Source: Camelus dromedarius (lineage: Eukaryota). From it: 64,000 bases of DNA. Shown one piece after another: positions 40,421 to 64,000 of the stretch. Positions within the stretch are counted from its first letter, which is position 1, and each line of letters begins with the position of its first letter. Both the position numbers and the translations under genes were made by a program. The stretch is from positions 4,836,001 to 4,900,000 of the forward strand of contig NC_087462.1 of the NCBI RefSeq assembly GCF_036321535.1. The letters run 5' to 3'. The notes beneath the pieces are model-generated. The model was not told the DNA's origin, ran no database searches, and was given only the letters and a program-made list of their open reading frames with translations.

Positions 40421-42232
40421 CCCTCAGCTGGGCGGGTGGGAGTTCAGGAGCCCCCTCCTCTGGAGGCGATCCGGGCCCCCGCCCCGTCAGGAACCCAGGA
40501 AGGGCCCCAAGTATTGTTCTCCCCACTCTCCAGCCTGGGGTCGGGAGTTCAGGAGGCTCTTCCTCAAAAGGGGCATCCAGGGGTTCCCTCTGACCCCCAG
40601 GATCCCAGGTCTTGTTCCCCTCACTCTCCAGTCTTGGAGTCTAGAGTTCTGGAAGCCCTCTTACCCGTGAGGTGATCCAGGCATCCACCTTCCCCCCAGA
40701 AATTCAGGAAGGACCCCAGTTATTTCTCCTTCTGGCTTCCAGCTCAGAGATGGAAATTCAGGAGCCAATTTAAGGGACCCTCTGTCCCCCAACCCCTGGG
40801 AAATCCAGTAGGGGAGCCAACATCACCCCACCACCCTTCAAAGTGGGATCTGGGTTGAGGAGGTGATCTAGGAACTCAGCCCTCTCTGTTTGCATCCCCC
40901 TACCCGGCTCTGGGGTTGTGGCTCAGGATGTCCCCCTCCCCAGAAGGAAAACCAGAAGTCCCCCTGCCTCCCAGGAACAGATCTGTTGTTTGCCCCCCAA
41001 CCCCCTGCCAGTGTCTAGTCAGGGGGTGAGTAGCTCTAGACATCACCCTACTACAGGGAATTCTCCCCCTGCTCCCCAGAAGGGGTCCCAGCTATTGTTT
41101 GTCCATCCCCCTCCCTACCACCAGCCATGGAGCTGGAATTCAGGATCTAGAATTCTCCCACGAAGTTACCAAAGTCTCCTGACACCCATCCCCATACCTC
41201 AGCCATGGGGTCAATCATCCAGGAATACTCTCTTCCTAGGAGATGGCCCAGGTGTCCCCCCAGTAACCCAAGAGAAGCCAGAGGTATTTTTTGCCAACCT
41301 CCCAGTTAGGAGTCAGAATTCAGACTCTTCTATCTAGTTGGGCAAACATGTATATGGACACCTGTCCTTACCCTCCTGGCTAATGAGTCCATGGGTCTCC
41401 CTGCTCCCTCCAGAGGTCCCACGTTTTACATCACCATCCTCACTCTAGTTGTAGAACTCAGCGGTCAGCGTCTTCCATCTAAGACAGAACCCAGGTGTTT
41501 GGACACTTAGTCCTATCGCAGAACTGTGAGGCTCGGGATTCAGGTTGTATCCTCCCTGGGAAGCGAGCCAAGGTCTCCCTCCCCTCCCCCAGTGACCCAG
41601 GAGGAGGACCAGATGTTGTTTGCCACCCCCCCACCCCCACCCAGATCAAGGCTTCAGAGGTCAGGATGTTTCCACTCTAGGAAGTGAGCCAGAGGTCACC
41701 CTCCCTACCAGGGACCCCCAGATACGTCACCCTCAACCATGGGATTCAGGCCATGTACTTAGTGACAAGCACATGATCCCAGATACCCACACTCTTCCCG
41801 TGAAGGGGCCATGGTCCAGGGGATAGGCATCCAGGACTCTCTCCTCCACAGGACCCAAGCTTCCCAGGAGAGGAGGAACCCAGGATGGAGAGAGGGGCAG
41901 AGCCATGGAGCTGGGTACTGGGGACCTCTAGTGCTGGGACCCATGACTTCCATCCAGGTGTGGGGCTGAGTAAGGAGGGGCCCCTCATGTCCCACTAGGG
42001 TTCCTCTTCTCCCTGCCCTGGTAGGGGCAAATGGAAAGTCTCCCTCAGTACAAGACAAGAGAAGAAATCGTGTGTGTGTCCTGGAGTGGGATCTGGGGTG
42101 TGGCCTGGTCCCCTCTCCCTTCCCTGCCCAGGCTCCAAAAGAACCCCTATTCCGCAGAACCTACCTCCACCCACCCTCTGTCCTCATCCTGCAGACCCTG
42201 CTCCCGAAGCGGCTGGCACTTCCACACCAGGG

Positions 42233-43936
42233 ATGCGGCGCTCCGTCCTGGTCAGGAACCCAGGCCACAAAGGACTGAGGCCCTCTTACGAAGAGCTTGA
42301 CTCCGACTCAGAAGACCTAGACCCCAACCCAGAAGAGCTAGACCCAGTTTCTGAAAAGCCAGAGCCTGACCCGGAAGACCTCAACACTGTCTCTGAAGAT
42401 GTGGACCCCAGCTATGAAGATCTGGAGCCTGTCTCCGAGGATCTGGACCCGGATGTGGAAGCTCCGAGCTCCATCTCGGGGACCCGTGACTTGGATCCCC
42501 AAGATCTTGACCCCATGTCTTCAAGTTTTGACGACCCAGACGTCATCGGCCCCGTTCCCCTGGTTCTTGACCCTAACAGTGACACCCTCAGTCCGGCTGC
42601 TGCTCCAGACCTGGATCCCCTCTCGTCCGACCTCACTGCCACCCCCGAGGTCCTGGCCACCAGCCCAGCGGTGCTCCCCGCACCTGCCAGCCCGCCCCGG
42701 CCCTTCTCCTGCCCCGATTGCGGGCGAGCTTTCCGCCGCAGCTCGGGGCTGAGCCAGCACCGCCGCACCCACAGTGGCGAGAAGCCGTACCGCTGCCCCG
42801 ACTGCGGCAAGTCGTTCAGCCACGGCGCCACGCTGGCCCAGCACCGCGGTATCCACACGGGCGCACGGCCCTACCAGTGCGCGGCGTGCGGCAAGGCCTT
42901 CGGCTGGCGCTCCACGCTGCTGAAGCACCGCAGCAGCCACAGCGGCGAGAAGCCGCACCACTGCCCGGTGTGCGGCAAAGCCTTCGGGCACGGCTCGCTG
43001 CTGGCGCAGCACCTGCGCACGCACGGCGGCCCGCGGCCCCACAAGTGCCCGGTGTGCGCCAAGGGCTTCGGGCAGGGATCGGCTCTCCTGAAGCACCTGC
43101 GCACGCACACGGGCGAGCGGCCCTACCCGTGCCCGCAGTGCGGCAAGGCCTTTGGCCAGAGCTCGGCGCTGCTACAGCACCAGCGCACGCACACGGCTGA
43201 GCGCCCGTACCGCTGTCCCCACTGCGGCAAGGCCTTCGGCCAGAGCTCCAACCTGCAGCACCACCTGCGCATCCACACGGGCGAGCGGCCCTACGCCTGT
43301 CCCCATTGCTCCAAGGCCTTTGGGCAGAGCTCGGCGCTCCTGCAGCATCTGCATGTGCATTCGGGCGAGCGCCCCTACCGCTGCCAGCTCTGCGGCAAGG
43401 CGTTCGGCCAAGCCTCCAGCCTCACCAAGCACAAGCGGGTGCATGAGGGCGCGGCCGCTGCCGCGGCTGCAGCTGCGGCTGCTGCCGCCGGCCTGGGCCT
43501 CAGCCCTGCTTCCATGTTGAGGCCGGGGCAGGTCTCGCTCCTGGGTCCTGATGCAGTCTCTGTGCTCGGCTCTGGCCTGAGCCTCAGCCCCGGCCCCAGC
43601 TCTGGCCTTGGCCCTGACCCTGGCTCTGTACTGGGCTCCCTCCCCAATCCCAACCCCCAAACCATCCCTGGCTCTAGATCTACCCCCACCCCTGATTCTG
43701 TCAAATCTTCTAACCCTGAGCCTGGGCACGAAACCAATTCTGACCTTGCGGCCAGCCCTGACCACAGATCTGGTCCCAGCCCCGACCCGGATACTGTGCC
43801 CAGCCCTGACCCCAACTCTGAGTCCCACCCTGAGCCTGGCTTTCCCACCCGTGACACCGTCAGCCCAGTCCTCCCTACTGGCGATAGTCCCAAGTGGGTG
43901 CAGGAGCAAGGGGCACTGCTGGGACCGGATGGCTGA
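42233..43936 (+). CDS. ZNF358: Zinc finger protein 358, 567 aa, single coding exon, nine C2H2 fingers
   Basis: [14 protein letters not shown] start, acidic EDLDP repeats, nine C-x2-C...H-x3-H fingers with TGEKP-like linkers, poly-Ala, Pro/Ser-rich tail ending GALLGPDG*. Acceptor AG at 42193-42194; upstream non-coding exon donor GTGAGT at 40146. Confidence 0.97.
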   Translation: MRRSVLVRNPGHKGLRPSYEELDSDSEDLDPNPEELDPVSEKPEPDPEDLNTVSEDVDPSYEDLEPVSEDLDPDVEAPSSISGTRDLDPQDLDPMSSSFDDPDVIGPVPLVLDPNSDTLSPAAAPDLDPLSSDLTATPEVLATSPAVLPAPASPPRPFSCPDCGRAFRRSSGLSQHRRTHSGEKPYRCPDCGKSFSHGATLAQHRGIHTGARPYQCAACGKAFGWRSTLLKHRSSHSGEKPHHCPVCGKAFGHGSLLAQHLRTHGGPRPHKCPVCAKGFGQGSALLKHLRTHTGERPYPCPQCGKAFGQSSALLQHQRTHTAERPYRCPHCGKAFGQSSNLQHHLRIHTGERPYACPHCSKAFGQSSALLQHLHVHSGERPYRCQLCGKAFGQASSLTKHKRVHEGAAAAAAAAAAAAAGLGLSPASMLRPGQVSLLGPDAVSVLGSGLSLSPGPSSGLGPDPGSVLGSLPNPNPQTIPGSRSTPTPDSVKSSNPEPGHETNSDLAASPDHRSGPSPDPDTVPSPDPNSESHPEPGFPTRDTVSPVLPTGDSPKWVQEQGALLGPDG

Positions 43937-43987
43937 CGAGCAGGCTGGCACCCACAGGCGCCTGGGAAACTTGTATGTTGTGCAGTT

Positions 43988-43993
43988 AGTAAA
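43988..43993 (+). terminator. Probable variant poly(A) signal AGTAAA of ZNF358
   Basis: About 50 nt after the stop, followed by a GT/T-rich downstream element (ctctgtgtcgtggttctcctgttctttttt). Confidence 0.45.
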
Positions 43994-44547
43994 ATCCTCC
44001 CACTGCCTCCTGGCTCTGTGTCGTGGTTCTCCTGTTCTTTTTTCTCCAATGCACAGCCTCTTCCTCGGGAGATGGGAAGGTATGGCCTGAGCCAGCCATC
44101 CCTCTGGAACCTCAGTGTCCTCGCTTCCCCCATGACCTCCTCCAGACTTCCCAGCTTCCCCGACTGGGTCTCACTCCAGTCGATTCCAGCAGTCACCACT
44201 CTTTGCTCCCCCAGACCTGGTCACCCGTCAAGGTCAGACTCACCCTGCAGGTGGTCTAAGCAGAATCCTTTCCTTTTGGACTTGGCTTTTCCATGAATGT
44301 TGGAACGTCTGGCATGTTCACAGTCTAGTGGGCTGATAATGGAGGCTGATACAAAACCATGTGGGCTGTCCTGCCCCATCTGCTCCCCTAACTTACCCCT
44401 AGCCCTTCAAAGCCTACATTATAGGTACCCCATGGGACAAAGGAGGTGGCTCATTTATGCATTCAGCAAACATCTGTTGATGGCTCAGTCTCAGCAGGGA
44501 GCAAGGTAAGCATGGCCTTGGCCTTCACGGAGTTCAGAAACATTTGT

Positions 44548-44700
44548 GGGGAGGGTCTAGCTCAGTGGTAGAGCACATTCTAAGCACGCACAAGGTCCTG
44601 GCTTCAATTTCCAGTACCTCCATTAAAAAATAAAATTAAACAAATAAACAAACAAACCTAATTACCCTTCCCCCCCAAATTAAAAAAAAAATTTAAAAAG
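44548..44700 (+). mobile_element. tRNA-Ala-derived SINE (Vic-1-like)
   Basis: Same head, AAACCTAATTACC tail motif and A-rich end. Confidence 0.85.
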
Positions 44701-45079
44701 TAATTACATGGTACATTCGAGAAGCACAAGACTTCTGATTTAGATAGGGGACAGCTTTCCCGAGAAAGGGCTTTATAATTCCCTATAACCAATAATTTAA
44801 TCATCAGTACTGTTTGCCCAGAACTGTGTTATGGTCTTGCATTTTCTCATTTAATTCTCTCAACAGTCCCATGAGGAAGGTAACTATGACTGAGCATCCC
44901 ATTTTGCACAGGAGGAAACCGAGGCACATGGCATTCAAAGGACTTTTTGGAAGACACAGAAGTGATTGGGAGCGTCTAGATTTAAACCCCAATTTTCTGC
45001 ACTCCAAAGACTGTATTGTTAATGTTTATGCTCTAGGGTAAGAAAATGCAAAGGCCCTGGGGCCACTGAGAGATGAGTT

Positions 45080-45520
45080 GGGGAGGAGGTGAGGGGGAGG
45101 CCTGAACAGAAGGCCTTAGTAGACTGAAGTAGGGAGTTTGCTTGTCATCCCAGAGAAATGGGAAGCTGCTGGTAGGTTCTGACAGAGAACTGATATGAAT
45201 TATTTTTTGAAAACACTTCTGGCTGCTGGGTGGAGAGTGGGATGGGGGCGGGGAGACCAGGCATGGAAGCCTGAGTTCAGGGAGGTTGTTGCAGTGGTCC
45301 AAGCCAGGAATGTTGGGGGACGCCGGGCTGATAGCCATAGGACTAAGAGCGTTCCTACTTAGGAGATAATTAGGAAATGAAGTAAAATTTGATGATAGTT
45401 CAGATGAGACGCAGAAGCGGAAGGGGTTGAGAGTAACGCAGGGTTTCTGGGAGGATGGAGCCGGCAGATAGAATTTGAGATACAATGTAGGATCATCACC
45501 TGATCCCCCAGAGGGTAAGG
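45080..45520. mobile_element. L2 fragment
   Basis: TGGGAAGCTGCTGG...CTTCTGGCTGCTG...GTTGTTGCAGTGGTCCA reverse L2 hallmarks. Confidence 0.6.
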
Positions 45521-45923
45521 AGTCAAGTACTGGACATAGAAGTCAAGAGGTTGGCACTGGATGCGGGCATGACAGAGCCATGACCGAGCCAGGCCTACGT
45601 TGGCACGCTCACAGCCTGCCCATCCCCCAGCAAATTCCCACCCGTCGGCACTAGGACCTCGCGACCGCCTGGGGGCTGCAAGGCGCCAGTTAAGGCACGC
45701 ATGCGCGCTGCTCCAGCAGGGGTCGTCGTGGCGCAGAGGGCGGGACCGGATCCCGTCACCTGGCTCTCTGGCCGCCCTGGTCACATGACTGGGGCGCGAG
45801 TCAGCTGATACGGGAGGGTTTGAAGCTGCACCGCGAGGGAGAGAGGCCGCAGTGACAGCGGCGGGCGTTCGGACCCCGGCTGCCCCGCAGCGCCCGCCGG
45901 CGTCCGGCGCTCCCCGCCCCGGC

Positions 45924-53395
<7,472 letters not shown>

Positions 53396-53556
53396 CTCGG
53401 ACCTGGATAGCCACCGGACGTCAGCCCCCGGACTGCGGAGACCCATGCTTATTTATTTTTAGGGTTTGCTTTGAAGGACCGGCTCCCTGCTGCGCCCTGT
53501 GCGGGCCTGGGCCAGTCGGGTTGGACACGAGTGGGACAGGGGTAGGGTGGGTGTTA

Positions 53557-53574
53557 AATAAACGGGAAAATAAA
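53557..53574 (+). terminator. Tandem AATAAA poly(A) signals of MCOLN1
   Basis: AATAAA at 53557-53562 and 53569-53574, about 160 nt after the stop. Confidence 0.8.
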
Positions 53575-53639
53575 TGTGTTCTCATTTCTAGCGGGAGGGG
53601 TAGTCCCTGCGCCAACTGGCTTTCGGTCCCTTTAAAGCG

Positions 53640-53830
53640 TCGCCACACTTAGCGTGGCGGACTCCGCGAGACCTTCCAGTCATGGCGGGGGGCGGGGCTG
53701 TGGCGCGCCCTGCCGGGAATAATTTAAAGGGGCCGCGCCTGCGGCAATGGGCTGAACGCTAGCGGAGTTGGCGCAGTGTGGACCCCGGCTGCGGGCCCCT
53801 GGGTGAGTCTGGGTTTCCTTCGCCCCCGCA
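53640..53830 (+). promoter_or_regulatory. PNPLA6 promoter and probable first non-coding exon
   Basis: GC boxes (GGCGGGGGCGGGGC near 53686), AT-rich element near 53718, donor TGG|GTGAGT at 53802/53803; next acceptor at 55031/55032. Confidence 0.65.
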
Positions 53831-55073
53831 GAGGCGGTCGTTCAAGGGTCATTAGCGAGCCCTTGGCTTTACCAAGATCTGTCCTCCGCCGATTCCCGGT
53901 AGCTCTCGACTTTGACGCTTCCATCTCCCCAGCTCCCGGCAGGTGTTTTCGCACCGGTATCCAGGTGTGCCCGAAGGTAGAAGGGGACTAGTCCCCCGCG
54001 GGTAACTAGGTAACGTCTCAAAGGCCCAGTGACTCCCCCAAATTTCCATTAATACTCTAATGGCGAGAGAAACAGCCTCAGCCTCCCAGAAAAGTCTCAG
54101 TAATATTCCAGCATTCTTCAGTATCATGCTTGAAAGACTCTAGGGACATGCCCACCCAGCGCCTGGTTTTCCCAGTAATCGCCCTATATTCCTCAGAATC
54201 TCTTAACTTTACAGTGACACCCCCCCCCCCACCCCCGGGAATTACAGCGTCCCTGGTTGTCTCCCAGCAATGGCGGCAGCATGGTTCCCAGAGACCCAGT
54301 GATGCTCCGCACCATCCGAGACCCCATAACTTTACTATTACGTGACAGTAAATCTACAGCATCAACCAGTAACACCTTGAGGACCCACCCTACTCCGAGC
54401 GCCCCAGGGTCTTTCTGAGACCGTGGCATTGCCCTACGATCCCTTGTGCTGGAGCTCCCTGCAGCACTCTCGCGTGCCCCCGACCCTAGGTCTCTCCGGA
54501 GCCAGGCTTGGGCCGGGAGCCAGGCATCTCCTCGACCCCATGACTCGTGAGCCCAGTTTTCCTGGGGTGGGGCATCCAGTCATCGCAGGGGTTGCGGGGG
54601 TGTGGCCTAGGAGTCCGTGGTCCAGGACTGATGAATCCCGCAGAGGCTGGGGAGGCGGCCACGTGCTGGAGGGAGTCAAACCCTTCAGGGACTTGTTCGC
54701 TGTCTGGTGACAGTGGGTGTCCAGCCGCCTGCCCTTTGGTCCCAGGGTTGGGTAGGCAAGTGGAACATCTGGTCGGCCCGGTGCGTAGGTAGAGGAGCCT
54801 CGCGGGGAGCCCAGGACCCACCTCACTCCTTAGTCCGGGCCCCAGGTCAATCTACCCCACCCCTCTGGTCCAAAGAGCACCCCCAGCCGTCCCCCCACCC
54901 TGCAGAGAAGCTGCCCCCGCAGCCGGCACGAAGGGGGCAGGGCTTGTGCTAAGGGGCGGGGCTTGCAGCAGGGGAGGGGCGGGCCCAGGGAGATGACTCG
55001 CTACGGGGTCCTCCCGCTTCTTATTCTCCAGGACTCCGGACTACCAGAACTGTCGCTCAGCCTGAAGCAACTA

Positions 55074-61135
<6,062 letters not shown>

Positions 61136-62101
61136 TGCCTCTCCCTCTAATTGTGCACCTCTGACCCAAGACCTGTCTGTCTGACCTCTGACCCTTGCCT
61201 TTTCACCCTACATGTAGACCTCTCGGTCTATGATTTCCAACCCCTTACCTTCGGATTCTGTGCCTCTGACCCCAGCCCTCCCACCCCATGTCCTCCGGGT
61301 CTATTGACCTTTCACCTCCAACTCCTGAACGCGTTACACTGGGACCTCCTCCCACCCCGTTTAACCCCTCTCACCTGCCCTGGCCTTTCCCGCAACCTCT
61401 GTTTTCTGCCCCTTCAACTCTGACAGACTCTGATGCTGTCTGTTTCTTGTCCTGGGTCCCTGCTGGGGTGGGTGCTCAGAAAATGGGTACAGATGAGAAT
61501 CTGGACCTGGAGGCCATGAACCAGCCCCGCAAGCTGGATTTCAGTGCCTCCTGGCAGGACGCAGGAGGTGTAGGAGACTGAATCCCATGATCCCTCCATC
61601 CTCCATCCAGGGAAACTGAGGCCAGTCATGATGTCACAGTCCAGGAGCACAGAGGAGGAGGGCTAGGGAGGGAGCCAAGAGTTGAAATCCAGACTCTACC
61701 CCGACTCCCCATGTGACCTTGGGTGAATCATCTCGAAACTTCTCATCTTCCTCTCCTGGGGAATGGAGCTCATAGCAGTAACTACTCGCTAGAATTTGTG
61801 AGGATTAAAGAGGAAATAGTTCTGAGCTGCTAAGGTTTGCAAGGGTGACCAGCCAGCATAGGGCTGGGGCAGCGGCTCACAGCAGGGTGGGGTGGGTTTG
61901 GGGGACTCGGGGGTGACATGACTCAGGCATTGAGGCCGAAGCAGCTCCCCAGGCTTGGGGGAGGGAGGCCTGGGCTTGGAGGAGTGGGTAGGGATGTCCC
62001 CCTCTGTTAGCTGGCTGGGTCATTGTTTTATCACTTGATCGGTTGATTCAGTTGTCACCTCAAGCTACTTGTTGCAGTGGGGGCTCCTTTCTGCAGAGGA
62101 A

Positions 62102-62237
62102 TTTTTGAGCTTTTTTTTTGGGGGGGGGTTATTAGGTTTATTTATTTATGTATTTATTTAATGGGGGTACTGAAGATTGAACCCAGGACCTGGTGCATGC
62201 TAAGCACGCACTCTCATCACTGAGCTCTACCTCCCCC
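62102..62237 (-). mobile_element. tRNA-Ala-derived SINE (Vic-1-like)
   Basis: Reverse-complement head; 11-bp TSD CTGCAGAGGAA (62091-62101 / 62239-62249). Confidence 0.85.
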
Positions 62238-62489
62238 ACTGCAGAGGAAGTTTTGTGCCAGCCGTTTGAGGTTCTCGGAGGACTGGCTGAGGAAGTGTTG
62301 TCATGCCAGGGCTCTTAAAGGGGGCCCTGGGCCCTGCTTATCTGGGCGATTCTGCTGGGCTTAGCACATCCCAGCCCCAGCCCCAGCCCACTGCCAGACC
62401 AGGCTGCTCTGTGGCCGCTCGAGGCTCCTGGGGCCTTCAGGACTTTGTTAAGAACGTTCCTCTGCTGTGCCCCCTCTGAAACTTGACCC

Positions 62490-62676
62490 CAAGAGTTTCC
62501 AACCCTGGGCAGTTCTGCCCCCCAGGGGATGTTTGGCAAGGTCAAGACATTTTTGATTGACTTGGGAGGGTGGTACCAGCATCTCATGGGGCCAGGGATG
62601 CAAGAATGTAGAGGCCAGCCCCCCACAACAGAATTGTCCAGTCCTAAATGTCAACAGTGCCAAGGTTGAGGAACCC
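62490..62676. mobile_element. MER20-like hAT element (opposite orientation)
   Basis: CCCCCCAGGGGA..TTTGGCAA..GACATTTTTG...GCCAAGGTTGAGGAACCCT. Confidence 0.7.
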
Positions 62677-63644
62677 TACTCTACACAAACGTTTCCCAAA
62701 GTGTATTTCATGGAACGCCTACATCACAAGGGATTTGGGTCAAATAGGTTTGGGAAACGCTGGCTCTCTTAATCCCTTCTCAGAAGCTCGCAGTGAACAT
62801 CATTAGCACATTCAAGGTTCTGAGAAGTCCTGCAGCAAAGAAACACTCTTCTCAATGTGAGGACAGCCTGATGTTAGTCACTCCTGTTCATGTCCCAGAT
62901 GCAGTCTGGAAATTCTGTCTTAGGAGGTTCTAGCATGTTTATTTGTCTCTTGGGGCTGTACCCTCCCAGGGGGTCCTTGCAGTGTTCTGGCGCTCACTGG
63001 GGCCATGTAGGATATCAGACAGGTTTGTGTGATGGATGAGGAAGGAATCTGTCTGTCTCTGGGCAGTTTCAGTTCTTTATTTAAAAGTGTGGAACAGAGA
63101 GGTGTCCAGTGGGGCAGGCTAACCAGACGGGACAGGGGCACCCGCAAACTGAGCATCTGCTATGTCCCAGGCTCTGCTGGACAGATGTCCCGGACCCTGT
63201 GCTGCCTGTGGCACAGGCAGTAAACACCAGTGGGGTCCCTGCCTTAGGGAAGCTCACAGTTCTGACAGACATTACACTCAAAGGTTTACATAGATTGTTG
63301 TAAAATCACACTTGCTTCGTGCTACAAGGAGATGTTCTCAGCTCTACAAGACTGTTCTAGGCAGGGCAGTGTCTCTGAGGAAGTGGCCTCCAGCGAAGGA
63401 GGAAGAATGAGGAGTAATTAATTAGGTGCAAGGGGAAGGAAAGAGCATTCTAGGCAGAGGGTGCAGGTTGTGCAAATATCCTGTGGTAGAGATAGTCCAT
63501 TTCTAGGAAACGAGGAAATCAACAGGGATGGAAGGGAACTGGGAGCAAAGGAGATTTTTTTTTTTTTTTTTTGGTGATAGTTCTATTGAGACACAATTCA
63601 CGTATTTTATACAATTTACCCATTTAAGGAGTACAACTCAGTGG

Positions 63645-63845
63645 GGTTTTTTCTTGGGTTTTTTTTTTTTTTTTTTTTTTTTTGAGTAAAGGTAGATTTA
63701 TTTAGAGAGATACATACTCCATAGGGAAAGTGCTGGCTGTTTCAGAAGGCAAGAGAAAGGCCACGGGGTTGGGTGTTTAAAGTAAAAGTAATTACACACT
63801 CCACAGATAGAGGGCAGTCCATCTCACTCAGAAGGGAGATCGGCC
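63645..63845 (-). mobile_element. Polyadenylated ~200-bp retrocopy of an LTR-like 3' end, inserted in an old L1
   Basis: Poly(T) 63659-63683, minus-strand AATAAA 63697-63702, TSD AACTCAGTGG (63635-63644 / 63846-63855); host L1M sequence resumes after it. Confidence 0.75.
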
Positions 63846-64000
63846 AACTCAGTGGCTTTTAGTATGTTCAGAGGTGCGCATCGACCACTGTCAATTTTAG
63901 AACAGCATCTTGAAAAGCAACCCTATACCCTTAAGCCATCAATCTCCTACCTCCTGACCAGCCCCAGCCCTAAGCAACTACTGCTCTTACACATTTCTAT

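Noticed and set aside
39257-40675. ORFs of 259-331 aa around the ZNF358 promoter
   Set aside because: They span the N gap and low-complexity GC/GA tracts, so they are artefacts.
42074-42232. 53-aa N-terminal extension of ZNF358 (620-aa ORF)
   Set aside because: It starts at a non-ATG codon upstream of the splice acceptor at 42194, so it is largely intronic; the orthologous start is MRRSVL.
43172-44199. Long minus-strand ORFs (259 and 274 aa) and similar ones at 30124-31164 and 10123-10782
   Set aside because: Antisense shadows of GC-rich coding exons, with no recognisable domain or independent promoter/splice evidence.

Overview
Mammalian, GC-rich, gene-dense genomic DNA with one 196-nt N gap. 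It is orthologous to the human 19p13.2 block ARHGEF18(+, 3' part) - PEX11G(-) - TEX45/SAXO5(+) - ZNF358(+) - MCOLN1(+) - PNPLA6(+, 5' part). I rebuilt all six coding structures by hand from GT-AG boundaries; exon phases chain without frameshifts, so all look intact. Seven tRNA-Ala-derived SINEs resembling camelid Vic-1, with no Alu, B1, Bov-tA or PRE1 elements seen, suggest a camelid genome (inference). There are no prokaryotic features or CRISPR arrays, and most six-frame ORFs are GC-rich noise or antisense shadows. I cannot support a new protein-coding system. The less ordinary signals are: degenerate ~32-33-bp-period intronic arrays downstream of CpG-island promoters (one hierarchical and built on an L1-ORF2-like QPKCP motif); a 20-bp-period YY1-like array; a TSD-flanked solo ERV LTR just upstream of PEX11G; a 207-bp TG...CA element nested three levels deep; an L1-retroposed LTR fragment; and an open, weak-donor last intron of MCOLN1 whose retention would swap the lysosomal-targeting tail.
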